A stretch of 63,977 nt of DNA, the filler included, from an uncultured bacterium (GTDB lineage: Bacteria; DAOPZR01): NCBI GenBank assembly GCA_964637655.1. It is 4 parts of 4 records of this genome, joined end to end, with 100 filler letters (N's around TTAATTAATTAA, not from the genome) between each part and the next. Parts side by side here need not be neighbours in the genome. Positions count along the whole stretch, not along the records: positions 16,670 to 33,062 come from CAZWUZ010000046.1; 3 more parts are not named here. One strand, given 5' to 3'. Both the position numbers and the translations under genes were made by a program. The notes beneath the pieces were generated by a model. It was not told the DNA's origin and made no database searches. It saw only the letters and a program-made list of their open reading frames with translations. Position 1 is the stretch's first letter, and the number at the start of each line of letters is the position of its first letter. Of the stretch, positions 18,828 through 28,576 are shown piece after piece.

Positions 18828-20938
18828 GCACCCTCCGCCCGCGGCAATTGTACCGTAAAGGTGGTGCCCTTATCAACCGCGCTGCTCACCGTGATCAGTC
18901 CACCATGCGCCTCGATAACCTTGTGCGCGATGGCCAGCCCGAGCCCCGTCCCCGACGCCTTGGTCGAGCGAAAGGGGGTGAAGAGCAGCGGGATCTCCTC
19001 CGCCGGGATGCCGCAACCGCGGTCGGCAACATGCACCTCGACGCGGCCGGGGTCGGCAGGATCGACGCCGTAGCTGACGGTGATGCCCCCCTCCCGCCCG
19101 GCCATGGCATCCCCCGCGTTGCGCAGCAGGTTGAGCCAGACCCCGGTCAGCTTCTTCTCGTCACCCATGACCGTCAGCGCGGTATCGCCGTCGACAAGGT
19201 CGACCGGCATCTGGTAGGTGTCGTCCTCGCAGAAGAGGTTGAGCACGCGGTCGAGCAGCGCGTGCACGTTGAGCGGCTGCAGGGTCAGCGTCTCCTTGCG
19301 CGCGAAATCGAGCATCCCCTGCACAAGGTCGTTGAGCCGGTCCACCTCCTGCACGATGATGCCGCTGTTGCCGGCGATCACCTCGTCATCGGGCGCCTTG
19401 CGGTGGATGAGCTGGGCGAAGCCGCGGATGAGGTTGAGCGGATTGCGGATCTCGTGGGCGATGCCCGCCGCCAGCTGCCCGAGCGCCGCCAACCGCTCCG
19501 CCTGCTTGAGATGCGTGGCCAGTTCCCGCTCGCGCGTGACGTCGGCGATGACGATAAGCACGCCGCCGTCGGCGCCCGCCGCCCCCGCCAGCGGCGCCGG
19601 CGCCACCGTTACGATGCGGCGGTCGCTGCCGACCGTCACGGTATACTCGGCCGGCGCCGCCGGTTCGCCGCGCAGCGCCGCCGCCAGCAGCGCGGGAAAC
19701 TCCGTCCCCGCGAACAGCGCGCAGAGGTTGTCCTTCGGCTCGCCCATGAGCATGATGGCGTCGGTGGCGAAGATGTCGCCGAAAGCGCGGTTGGCGAAAC
19801 TGACCGTGCCGCCGGCCGCGACCGCGACGATGCCGTTGTGCGTCCCCTGCAGGATCCCCTCGTTGAGCGCCACCACCTGCTCGAGTTCACGGTAGAGACG
19901 CGCGTTGCTGATGGCCACCCCGGCCTGCGCCGCCAGCTGCTCGAGCAGTTCGAGCGAACCGCGGTGGAACGGCTCGTTGTCCTGCGGGTTGCTGATGTTG
20001 AGCACGCCGAGCACCGCCCCGTTGCTGTTGCGGATGGGCACGCTGATGAACGACTTGTTGCGGTAGCGGTCGTAGTCGTTGGGGCGGGCGAAGGCCTCGT
20101 CCTCCTCGATGTCGGGCACCAGCGCGGGGCGGTTGAGTTTCGCCACCTGCCCGGCGATCCCTTCGCCGAGGGGCGTGGTCGCCGCCTCAAGCGCCGCGTC
20201 GGGCATGCCCACCGCGCCGCGCACGCGCAGCGCCTGCCCTTCGAGCAGCATCACCGAGCAGCGCGTCACCTTCATCGCCCGGGCGATGGCATCGACCAGC
20301 TTGGCGAGCACATCGTCGAGCAGCAGCGTCGAGGTGATCAGCGCGTTCACCTCGTGGATCAGCTTCATGTTCTGGTACTGCCGCCGCGCGGCGAGCAGCA
20401 ACTTGGCCTTGTTGATGGCGATCCCCGCCGCCGTGGCGAGCCGCTCGAGGATCTCGATATCGTCCGCGGTATAACGCGCCCCGTCGAGCTTGTTGAGCAC
20501 CTCGAGTACGCCGATGAGTTCGTCGCGCACCATCACGGGAACACAAAGCATGCCGCGGCTGACAAACCCCGTCTTGTCGTCAAACTGCGTCGTGCGGTGC
20601 GGGTTCTCCTCGCCGGCGTTGACCAGCAGCCGCTGCCCGGTTCTGGCCACCATGCCGGCGATCCCCTCGCCAACCGGCACCCGCATCTCCTTGAGCGGGC
20701 TGCTCTTGTCCCCCTGCGCGATCTTGAAGTAGAGGAACTGTTTCTGCGGATCGAGCAGCATGAGCGAGCCCGCCTCGCACCCGGTCAGTGTCCCCGCCGC
20801 GTCGGTAATGACATCGAGAATGGTCTCGATCTCCGTCGCCGCGTTGATGCGCGTGTAGATTTTTTCCAGGTCGGCAAGTTTGCGCAGCATCTGCCGTGCC
20901 GCCGCCAGGTCACGCTCCAGCCGCTCCGTTGCGTTCAT
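18824..20938 (-). CDS. Cytoplasmic GAF-GAF-PAS histidine kinase
   Basis: Two GEGIAG...L/ICVP...GVL GAF repeats; H-box AHEIRNPL; NLLRNA, DRGCGI and GTGLGL boxes. The real start MNATERLE is at 20938. Confidence 0.92.
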   Translation of the reverse strand: MNATERLERDLAAARQMLRKLADLEKIYTRINAATEIETILDVITDAAGTLTGCEAGSLMLLDPQKQFLYFKIAQGDKSSPLKEMRVPVGEGIAGMVARTGQRLLVNAGEENPHRTTQFDDKTGFVSRGMLCVPVMVRDELIGVLEVLNKLDGARYTADDIEILERLATAAGIAINKAKLLLAARRQYQNMKLIHEVNALITSTLLLDDVLAKLVDAIARAMKVTRCSVMLLEGQALRVRGAVGMPDAALEAATTPLGEGIAGQVAKLNRPALVPDIEEDEAFARPNDYDRYRNKSFISVPIRNSNGAVLGVLNISNPQDNEPFHRGSLELLEQLAAQAGVAISNARLYRELEQVVALNEGILQGTHNGIVAVAAGGTVSFANRAFGDIFATDAIMLMGEPKDNLCALFAGTEFPALLAAALRGEPAAPAEYTVTVGSDRRIVTVAPAPLAGAAGADGGVLIVIADVTRERELATHLKQAERLAALGQLAAGIAHEIRNPLNLIRGFAQLIHRKAPDDEVIAGNSGIIVQEVDRLNDLVQGMLDFARKETLTLQPLNVHALLDRVLNLFCEDDTYQMPVDLVDGDTALTVMGDEKKLTGVWLNLLRNAGDAMAGREGGITVSYGVDPADPGRVEVHVADRGCGIPAEEIPLLFTPFRSTKASGTGLGLAIAHKVIEAHGGLITVSSAVDKGTTFTVQLPRAEGA

Positions 20939-22353
20939 GCACGCCTCCGTGTCGCCAGTACATGCCAGCCGCGCGCGTCCCCTGCGCCGCCGATCAGCTG
21001 TTCGGTTGTCCAGCCCTTGTCCTGCACCAGCGCTGCCGCCAGCGGCACCGCGGCGGGGAGCAGCACCGCCTCGGCCCCGTACGCGTTCAGCAGCGCCTTG
21101 TCGCCGCCCAGCAGTCGCCCGTAATCCTCCAGCAGGCGGGCGCTGAAGACCTCGGTACGCCCGTCGACGAAGGTGCGGAAATACGGATACGACTCGAAGA
21201 TGAGCATGCCGCCCCATTCGTAGGGAACCAGCAGGCGCGTCCCTGCCGGCAGCCGCTGCTGTGCCTGCTCCAGCGCGTACGCCACCTGCGCCCGCTTTTG
21301 CGCGAAGGGCTGCCGCGCGGGCAGCGCCGATTGCCAGGCGGCGCCGGCAGCGAGCAGCAGCAGGATGAGCGCCGGCACCCGCCAGCGCAGCGGCAGCACA
21401 GGCAGGCGCCGCGCGCGTGCGGCCGGCGCCGGTGCCGGCGTACCCGCACGGCGCAGCAGTTCCCCGAGCAGCGCTACTGCCAGCACCGCGGCCGGCGCCG
21501 CCATGCGCCGGCTCTGCATGGTCCAAAGCGCAAAGAACGCCCAGAGCAGCAGCAGGCGCCAGGGTAGCGCACCGCGGGTACGCGCCGCCACACCGGCCGT
21601 CAGTGCCATCAGCAGCAGGAACGCCAGTCCGGGCGGGGTCAGCGCCACGTCGCGGAACGGGCCCCACTCCGCGACAAAGGCGGGCTTGTCTTCCGCCAGC
21701 AGCGACAGCGGCCAGCCCCACAGGTGCGCGCCCGCCGGCGTGATGAGCGTCGTCAGCGCCAGCAGCAGCAGCGCCAGCAGTTCCCGCCGCCGGGCGGCGC
21801 GCGACCACGGGCGCAGCAGCGCCCACGCCGCCAGCCCGATAAAGACCGAGGCGTGCAGGTTGGCCCAGAACAGGAAGCCCGCCACCAGCGCCACCAGCAG
21901 GCGCGGCGTCAGCGGCCGCGCGGCGGCGCGCACGACCAGCAGCAGGCCGAGGATAAAGATCAGGTGGGGGCGCACTACCCAGAGCGGTGCCGCGGCGAGC
22001 AGGGCGAGCGCGACCAGCGCGCACCACCCCACGCCGCGCTGCGCCACCGGTGCCGCCGTGAACAGCAGCGCGGTGATACCGCCGCCCAGCAGCAGCAGCA
22101 GCGCCTGCAGCCCGGGGAGGTTGCCCTGTTGCCAGACCTTCCAGACCAGCACCGACCAGAGCCATTCATGCGGCGTCCACGGGGTGCCGGTCGCGGTCCA
22201 CGAGAAACAATCGCGAGCGGGCACTCCCTGCACACTGAAGGCACGTCCCATCCCCAGGTGCAGTGCGAGGTCCGTGTCAGCGAGCGTGCCGCCGAACGCG
22301 AGCAGGACGAGCGCCAGCCCGGCCAGCCGGAGCCAGAGCGGCGGCAGGTTCAT
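20935..22353 (-). CDS. Conserved polytopic membrane protein, probable GT-C fold
   Basis: DLALHLGMG...DCFSWT..GTPWTPHEWL, VRPH, WANLHASVF, EW and FVDGRTEVF motifs typical of a widespread membrane family. Confidence 0.65.
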   Translation of the reverse strand: MNLPPLWLRLAGLALVLLAFGGTLADTDLALHLGMGRAFSVQGVPARDCFSWTATGTPWTPHEWLWSVLVWKVWQQGNLPGLQALLLLLGGGITALLFTAAPVAQRGVGWCALVALALLAAAPLWVVRPHLIFILGLLLVVRAAARPLTPRLLVALVAGFLFWANLHASVFIGLAAWALLRPWSRAARRRELLALLLLALTTLITPAGAHLWGWPLSLLAEDKPAFVAEWGPFRDVALTPPGLAFLLLMALTAGVAARTRGALPWRLLLLWAFFALWTMQSRRMAAPAAVLAVALLGELLRRAGTPAPAPAARARRLPVLPLRWRVPALILLLLAAGAAWQSALPARQPFAQKRAQVAYALEQAQQRLPAGTRLLVPYEWGGMLIFESYPYFRTFVDGRTEVFSARLLEDYGRLLGGDKALLNAYGAEAVLLPAAVPLAAALVQDKGWTTEQLIGGAGDARGWHVLATRRRA

Positions 22354-22554
22354 CACCCTACCGCGCTCTGCGGTGGCGCGCTGCCGTCGCTTGCGCCGGC
22401 AGGAGCGCGGTGCACGGTTGCTGATGCCGCGCGCAGGGCGCGACTGCGGCAGCACCGTATGCAGATGGTACAACGACAGCAGGAGCGCGTACAAAACCGC
22501 CGGCAACCCCGTGACGGGGCGCCGGCGGTCGGGAGAGCGTCATGCCACCGTGGA

Positions 22555-24882
22555 CTACGTGTTCAGGTACGCGCGCAGCAGGCGCGAGCGGTTAGGATGT
22601 TTCAGCTTGCGCAGCGCCTTCCCCTCGATCTGGCGGATACGTTCCCGCGTGACATTGAACATCGCGCCGACCTCCTCAAGGGTGCGTTCATAACCGTCCT
22701 CCAGCCCGAAGCGGTACTTGATGACCTCCTCCTCGCGCGGGTCGAGCGTCTTGAGCACGTCGGCCAGCTGCTCGCGCAGCAGGTTGTTGGTCGTCGAACT
22801 GGCCGGCGAGGTGACCGCAGTGTCCTCGATGAAATCGACGAGATGCGACTCCTCCTCCTCGCCGATGGGGGTCTCCAGCGAGATCGGCTCCTCGGCGATC
22901 TTCATGATCCCCTGCACCTTGGTCGTCGACCACTTGAGCTTTTTGGCGATTTCCCCGGCGTTCGGCTCGCGGTCGTACTTCTGGATCAGCTGGCGCGACT
23001 CCTTGACCACCTTGTTGATCTGTTCGACCATGTGCACCGGGATGCGGATGGTGCGCGACTGGTCGGCGATGGCGCGGGTGATCGCCTGGCGCACCCACCA
23101 GGTGGCGTAGGTGGAGAACTTGTAGCCGCGGTAGTGCTCGAACTTGTCCACCGCCTTCATCAGTCCCATGTTCCCCTCCTGGATAAGGTCGAGGAACGAC
23201 AGGCCGCGGTTGACATACTTCTTGGCGATGGAGACGACAAGGCGCAGGTTCGACTGCGCCAGTTCGCTCTTCGCCGCGTAGAGGTGGTCGTAGGCGGCGG
23301 TCAGCTGGCGCCGCGTCTCAGCCATCCGCTCGGGGGTCATCAGGCAGAGGTCGCACATCACCGGCCAGACCGGCTTCTTCGCCACGTGGCGGTCGCCATG
23401 CAGTTCGCGGTCGAGTTTCTGCCAGCGCGTCTTCCATTCCTGCAGCGCGGCATAGCCGACACGGAAGCGCTTTTTGCACTGCGTGTCGAGTTGCTCCGTC
23501 GCCGTCGCCAGCTCGAGCTTGCACTTGGCCAGTTTTTCGACCGGCAGGCGCAGGGTCTGCGCCAGCGCCTCGAGCTGCGCCGCGTCAGCCGTCGCCACCC
23601 GCGTGCGGTACTCGCCGAGGTTCGCCGGCAGCGTCGTCACGCGACGGCGGCTGCACTTGACCCAGAGCGCGGCATGTTCCTGCTCGAGGTCACGCAGCAG
23701 GTGCAGGAACTGCGGCGGCGTGCACTTCGTGAAATCGGCGAACTGCCGGCGCAGTTTGAGGTACTCTTCCGCCGTCCTGGCCATCTTGTCGAACCGCTTG
23801 GCCATAATCGAGATCAGCTTGCGGTTGCAGGTGGTCGCGAGGATCAGGTCGGCAATCTTCGACTCGATCTGCGCCATGTGCAGCGCCAGTTTGCCCGTCC
23901 TGGCCTGCCCCGCCCCCGCCAGTGCGCGATGGTCGCGCACCAGGTTGCGCCGCTGGTTCTCCAGCGACGTCACCGTCGAGCGGATGCGCGCATGCCAGGC
24001 GCGCACATCCTTCTCCGTCAGGCGTTCGGTCTTGCGCACGTCGACCAGGCGCTTGAGATTGACCCGGCTGGCGAGCACCAGCCGCCCCATGCGGATGTAC
24101 TCGAATGCCACCCACCCGGTGGAGAAAAGCAGGCGGTTGTACGCCGTCTCCGCGTCGCGGATTTTCTTCGCCAGTTCCGCCTCGTGCTCACTGTCGAGCA
24201 GGTCGATGCCGCCGACCTCGTTGAGGTACATCTTGACCGCGTCCTCGGTATGCGGCCGCACCGCGGGAACGGGCTTCGCCTCCGCCGCCGGTTTCGCCGG
24301 CGCGGCCGGGGCGGCGGTCGCCGCCGCCGGTTCCTTCACCGCTTTCAGGCGCGGCGCCTCGACCGTACCGCGTACCCGCGCCGTCCCCCCCGTCTCCCCC
24401 GCCTCGTCGATAACCTTGATGGCAAGGTGTTCGAGCAGCGAGAAGACGTCGGCGATGGTATCCGGGTTGTTCATCTCCTCGGGCAGCCGGTTGTTGATGT
24501 CGTCGTAGGTCAGATAGCCCTGCTGCCGCCCGAAGTCCGCAAGTTTTCGCACCTGCGCGTCGTCGCGCAGCGCCGCCAGCACCGGGCTGAGCGTAACCGG
24601 TTTCTCCGGGGCGGCCTTGCTGCCGGACACCGGTTTCCGCGCCGCCGCGGCCGGTTTCGCCGCCACGTGTTTTTTCGCCACCGGCTGCTTCGCCACCGGC
24701 TGCTTCGCTACCGGTTTCTTCGCCACCGGTTTCTTCGCTACCGGTTTCTTCGCTACCGGCTTCTTCGCTACCGGCTTCTTTTTTGCCGCCGGTCGCGACG
24801 CTGCCGCTTTTTTCTTTTTCGCCGCCGGCGGCTTCTTCGCTGCCGGGCGTTTTTTCTGCGGACGTGCTGTGGCTTTGCTCAT
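22555..24882 (-). CDS. rpoD: RNA polymerase primary sigma factor (sigma70) with Lys/Ala/Pro-rich N-terminal extension and large non-conserved region
   Basis: Region 1.1 GYLTYDDIN; 1.2 [11 protein letters not shown]; region 2 [12 protein letters not shown]...[17 protein letters not shown]...[12 protein letters not shown]; region 4 [18 protein letters not shown]; downstream of dnaG. Confidence 0.97.
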   Translation of the reverse strand: MSKATARPQKKRPAAKKPPAAKKKKAAASRPAAKKKPVAKKPVAKKPVAKKPVAKKPVAKQPVAKQPVAKKHVAAKPAAAARKPVSGSKAAPEKPVTLSPVLAALRDDAQVRKLADFGRQQGYLTYDDINNRLPEEMNNPDTIADVFSLLEHLAIKVIDEAGETGGTARVRGTVEAPRLKAVKEPAAATAAPAAPAKPAAEAKPVPAVRPHTEDAVKMYLNEVGGIDLLDSEHEAELAKKIRDAETAYNRLLFSTGWVAFEYIRMGRLVLASRVNLKRLVDVRKTERLTEKDVRAWHARIRSTVTSLENQRRNLVRDHRALAGAGQARTGKLALHMAQIESKIADLILATTCNRKLISIMAKRFDKMARTAEEYLKLRRQFADFTKCTPPQFLHLLRDLEQEHAALWVKCSRRRVTTLPANLGEYRTRVATADAAQLEALAQTLRLPVEKLAKCKLELATATEQLDTQCKKRFRVGYAALQEWKTRWQKLDRELHGDRHVAKKPVWPVMCDLCLMTPERMAETRRQLTAAYDHLYAAKSELAQSNLRLVVSIAKKYVNRGLSFLDLIQEGNMGLMKAVDKFEHYRGYKFSTYATWWVRQAITRAIADQSRTIRIPVHMVEQINKVVKESRQLIQKYDREPNAGEIAKKLKWSTTKVQGIMKIAEEPISLETPIGEEEESHLVDFIEDTAVTSPASSTTNNLLREQLADVLKTLDPREEEVIKYRFGLEDGYERTLEEVGAMFNVTRERIRQIEGKALRKLKHPNRSRLLRAYLNT
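24661..24785 (-). repeat. 15-bp coding tandem repeat encoding (K-K/Q-P-V-A)x7 plus KKHVA
   Basis: Repeated TTCGC(C/T)ACCGG(T/C)T(T/G)C units in the 5' part of rpoD. Confidence 0.9.
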
Positions 24883-26762
24883 TGACTGTCCTCCGTCTCT
24901 ATGATTTCCTCAAGGCGCCGGATGCGGGCGGTAGTCCGTGCATGCCCGTCAGCGTCGCCGTTTTCCCACTGTTCCTGCGCGGTCGCGCGCAGGGCATCAC
25001 ATTCCGCGCGCGCCGCCACCACCGGCAGCAGCGCGTCGCTCCAGAACTGAATTTCTTCGAGCGCCGCCGCGGCCCCCGCCGCGTCGCCCGCCTGCTCGCA
25101 GTCGTGCAGCTTGCGCCGTGCCGCCTGCTGCCGGTTGCTTATCTCGCGCCGGCGCAGCACCTGCAGGCAGTCGTCGAGCAGCATCACCGCCCGGCTGTCC
25201 CCGCCGCCCGCCGCCGCCTGCGCCGCCGTCACCAGCGCCTGCGCCGCCGGGGTCAGCAGGTGCAGCACGTCTGCCAGCGGCACCGCAAAGCGCACCACCA
25301 CCTCGCGCGCCGCCTCATCAGTGAACGTCAGCGCGCGCACCCGCGCACCGTAGCGCTCCCACAGGTCCGGGTGCTGCACCAGCAGGCGCACCACCTCGCG
25401 CTCAGTGCGGTCGACCGCCGCCGCCGGGGCCGCCGTCGCCGCCGTTTCCAGCCGGCGCGCGCCCGGCGCCGCCGGGGCCGCCAGCTGCGCCAGTTTCTGG
25501 CGCAGGATGCGCTCGTCGATACGCAGTTCGTTCGACAGCACCCGCAGATACTCGTCGCGGCGAATCGGTTCGCCCGTCGCCGCGATGGTCGGCAGCACGC
25601 CGGCGACGATTTTCTCCTTGCCCGACAGCCCCTGCGCGCCATGCTGCTCGCGCAGCAGCGTGAAGTGGTAGGCGAAAAAATCAGCCGCGTCCGCCAGTTC
25701 CTTCTTCAGCGCCGGACCGCCATGCGCCTGCACATAGTCCGCCGGGTCGAGCCCGCCGGCCAGCCGCGCCACCGCCACCTCGAACCCCATCCCGAGCAGG
25801 ATGTGAATGCCGCGCACCGCGGCCGTCATCCCCGCCAGATCCGGGTCATAGCAGAGAATCACGCGCGGCACATAACGCCGCAGCAGTTTCCCGTGTCCCT
25901 CGGTCAGCGCGGTGCCGAGCGTCGCCACCGCGTTTTTCACCCCCGCCTGATGGGCGTGGATGACGTCGGTATACCCCTCCATCAGCACCACCGCGCCCTC
26001 GCTCTGCATCGCGCGGCGCGCCTGCGCCAGGCCATACAGCGATGCGCTCTTGTTGAAGACCGGCGCCTCGCTCGAGTTGATGTACTTCGGCCCGTCCTGT
26101 TCTTTCTGCCAGACCCGCCCGCCGAAACCGATGACCCGCTCATGCAGGTCGACAATCGGGAACATCAGGCGGTTGCGGAAGAGGTCGACAAACCCCTTCC
26201 CTTCCTTGCGCGCGCGGATCAGCCCGAGTTCCGCCGCCAGTTCCACCTCGTCGCCGCGGAGCATGGCGGTAATGCCGTCCCAGCGGTCGTCGGCGAAGCC
26301 GAGACGGAAGACCGTGACGGATTCATCGCTGATGCCGCGCGACGCGAGATACTTCCGCGCCGCCGCCCCCTTCGCCCCGAGCAGGTTCGCGTGGTAGTGC
26401 GCCGCGGCCTTCTCGTTGACCGCGAACATCCCCTTGCGCCGCCCCTGCTGCTCGGGATTGTCACCCGTCTCGGGGACCGTCAGCCCCTGCCGCTCGGCGA
26501 GATGCCGCACCGCCTCGGGAAACGTCATCCCCTCGAGTTCCATCAGCAGGGAAAAGACATTCCCCCCCTTGCCGCAGCCGAAACAGTGGAAGATCTGCCG
26601 GTCCGCGTGCAGGTGGAACGACGGCGTCTTCTCCTGATGGAACGGGCAGAGCGCCTTGTGCGACCGCCCCGCCGTCTTCACCTCCATGTACTCGCGCGCG
26701 AGTTCGACGATATCCGACCCTTCACGCACTTTCGCGATAAAATCTTCCGGTAGCAAGCCCAC
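24879..26762 (-). CDS. dnaG: DNA primase
   Basis: [11 protein letters not shown]...FHCFGC zinc finger, [31 protein letters not shown] and CYDPDLAG (TOPRIM). Confidence 0.97.
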   Translation of the reverse strand: MGLLPEDFIAKVREGSDIVELAREYMEVKTAGRSHKALCPFHQEKTPSFHLHADRQIFHCFGCGKGGNVFSLLMELEGMTFPEAVRHLAERQGLTVPETGDNPEQQGRRKGMFAVNEKAAAHYHANLLGAKGAAARKYLASRGISDESVTVFRLGFADDRWDGITAMLRGDEVELAAELGLIRARKEGKGFVDLFRNRLMFPIVDLHERVIGFGGRVWQKEQDGPKYINSSEAPVFNKSASLYGLAQARRAMQSEGAVVLMEGYTDVIHAHQAGVKNAVATLGTALTEGHGKLLRRYVPRVILCYDPDLAGMTAAVRGIHILLGMGFEVAVARLAGGLDPADYVQAHGGPALKKELADAADFFAYHFTLLREQHGAQGLSGKEKIVAGVLPTIAATGEPIRRDEYLRVLSNELRIDERILRQKLAQLAAPAAPGARRLETAATAAPAAAVDRTEREVVRLLVQHPDLWERYGARVRALTFTDEAAREVVVRFAVPLADVLHLLTPAAQALVTAAQAAAGGGDSRAVMLLDDCLQVLRRREISNRQQAARRKLHDCEQAGDAAGAAAALEEIQFWSDALLPVVAARAECDALRATAQEQWENGDADGHARTTARIRRLEEIIETEDSQ

Positions 26763-26935
26763 AGCATCCCCCGCCGCGTATCAATCATATATACGCGTCC
26801 CTCTCCCCATTTTCCTATTTCCCGTCATATAATTGTAATATTGGGGGATAATTGTTTGTAATTTGTTTATTATCAATAAGATACACGAATATTTCGGCTG
26901 TTTGTCTTATCTTGTTTATTTACAGCATATTGTGT

Positions 26936-28345
26936 CTATTCGCGCACAGTGATTTCGCGGATGCTCCCTGTCTGCGGTTCTGGTCCGCCAAGCGCGGCCG
27001 AGGGCGGAGCCGCTCCGAGTTCCTCGAAGCGGCGTGCCTGCGGCAGCACCGAGCGCTGGAAACTCCCCACCGCCTCGTTATAGGCGCCGAGCGCGGTACC
27101 CAGCCCCTTGCCGATCTTCTCGAGGTGTTCGCAGAAGGTCCGCAGGCGCTCGTAGAGCACACGCGCATTGTCAGCAATCTGCTGCACATTTTCCGACTGC
27201 GCGTAGTACTGCCAGCTGACCGCGGCGGCACGCAGCAGCGCGATAAGTGACGCCGGCGTGGCGATGGTGATCTTCTGCTTCGCCGCCCAGACGAGCAGGT
27301 CGCGGTCCCCCTCGAGCGCCGCCGAGAAGAGCGATTCAGCGGGGACAAAGAGCACGACCAGTTCGAGCGCGCCGGGCACCTTGCCCGGGTAGTCGCGCGC
27401 GGCCAGGTCGCTGATGGTCTTTTTCAGTTTGTCGGCGTGCGCCTTGAGCAGGTCGCGCCGTTTCACCTCGTCTGCCTCGTTGAGCGCGGCGGCGATATCG
27501 AGGTCGGGCACCTTGCTGTCGACGACGATGGTGCGTTCCCCGGGCAGGCGGACGATGAGGTCGGGCCGCCCGTCGTCGTGTCCCGTCTGCTCGACGAAAT
27601 CGCAGTGCGGGCTCATGCCGGCCGCCTCGACGACGCGGCGCAGCGTCTCCTCGCCCCACCGGCCGCGCGCCTGGCTGCTCTTGAGCACGCTGCGGAACTG
27701 CGCGGTCTCCGCCGAGAGCAGCGTGCTCTGCTGCGACAGCGTTTCGAGCTGCGCGCGCAGTTCGCCGAACGCACCGCTGCGCGCCGCCTCGCTCTCCGCC
27801 AGCTGCGTGCGGTAGGCCTCGAGCTGCGCGCGGATGGGTCCGAGCAGCCCCTCGATCTCGGTTTTGCGCTGCGCCAGGTCCCCCTTCGCCGCCTCCGACT
27901 GCTGCGCCAGCGTCCCCTTCGCGGTTTCCAGCAGGGCGCGGAATTTTTCGTCAGCGAGGCGCACGAAGGCGGGCGCCGCCTCCTTGAGCGTCTCGCTGCT
28001 CAGCGCGGCAAACGCCTCGCGCAGCTGCTGCAGGGCGCGCGCGTGCTGCTGCTGCGCCTCGGCCAGCGCCTGCGCCTGCAGTTCCTTGACCGCGCGGATA
28101 TCCTGCTCGTGCCGCTGCCGCTGCTCGCCCAGTTCGCGTACGCGCGCGTCGCGCTCCGCCTCCGCGCGCACCCGCCCTTCGCGCTGCTGCTGCGCGTCGA
28201 CCAGCGCCGCGTCGCGTTCCTGCTGCAGCCGTGCGCTGTCCCCCCCTGCGCCCGCGCGGCGCAGCAGGACATACGCCATGCCGCCCCCGGCCAGCACCCC
28301 GACCACCATCGTAACGATAAGATATGCCGTTTCCATAAACGTCAC
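26936..28345 (-). CDS. rmuC: DNA recombination protein RmuC
   Basis: N-terminal TM and coiled coil; RGRWGE, RPDLIVRLP...VVDSKVP, LFVPAE and ATPASLIALL motifs. Confidence 0.92.
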   Translation of the reverse strand: MTFMETAYLIVTMVVGVLAGGGMAYVLLRRAGAGGDSARLQQERDAALVDAQQQREGRVRAEAERDARVRELGEQRQRHEQDIRAVKELQAQALAEAQQQHARALQQLREAFAALSSETLKEAAPAFVRLADEKFRALLETAKGTLAQQSEAAKGDLAQRKTEIEGLLGPIRAQLEAYRTQLAESEAARSGAFGELRAQLETLSQQSTLLSAETAQFRSVLKSSQARGRWGEETLRRVVEAAGMSPHCDFVEQTGHDDGRPDLIVRLPGERTIVVDSKVPDLDIAAALNEADEVKRRDLLKAHADKLKKTISDLAARDYPGKVPGALELVVLFVPAESLFSAALEGDRDLLVWAAKQKITIATPASLIALLRAAAVSWQYYAQSENVQQIADNARVLYERLRTFCEHLEKIGKGLGTALGAYNEAVGSFQRSVLPQARRFEELGAAPPSAALGGPEPQTGSIREITVRE

Positions 28346-28576
28346 CTTCCCTGTACGATCAACTTGTCCTGCGTATCATATACGCAATAGCAGATAACCT
28401 TGTTGCACCATCACCTGAGCATCTGCCGCAACTGCTCCGGTGTCAGTACTTCATTTTGCCGGCGATGCAGCATCCGGTAACAGTTGCCACAACGTGCTGT
28501 GCCGCCACACCCGCCGCCGCCATATTCGCCCTGTGCTCAGACATTTCCTTGAACATCATCTGAAAAAGCCAATAAT

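Noticed and set aside
20939-22165. N-terminal 400 aa of the 1113-aa kinase ORF
   Set aside because: Off-frame overlap with the membrane gene 20935-22353; the true start is ATG 20938 (ATGA coupling)
24661-24785. Short direct repeats as a possible CRISPR array
   Set aside because: Contiguous 15-bp coding repeats with no spacers; no cas genes seen. No CRISPR array, tRNA or rRNA was recognised anywhere in the window.
21724-24885. 1053-aa plus-strand ORF, and similar long antisense ORFs (18656-21124, 24783-26753, 39066-40904)
   Set aside because: Shadows of rpoD, the kinase, dnaG and the STAS gene, as expected from high-GC codon bias; no motifs
26852-27250. 132-aa plus-strand ORF starting in the AT-rich dnaG upstream region
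   Set aside because: Mostly antisense to rmuC with no motifs; the AT-rich part is better explained as the dnaG-rpoD promoter region
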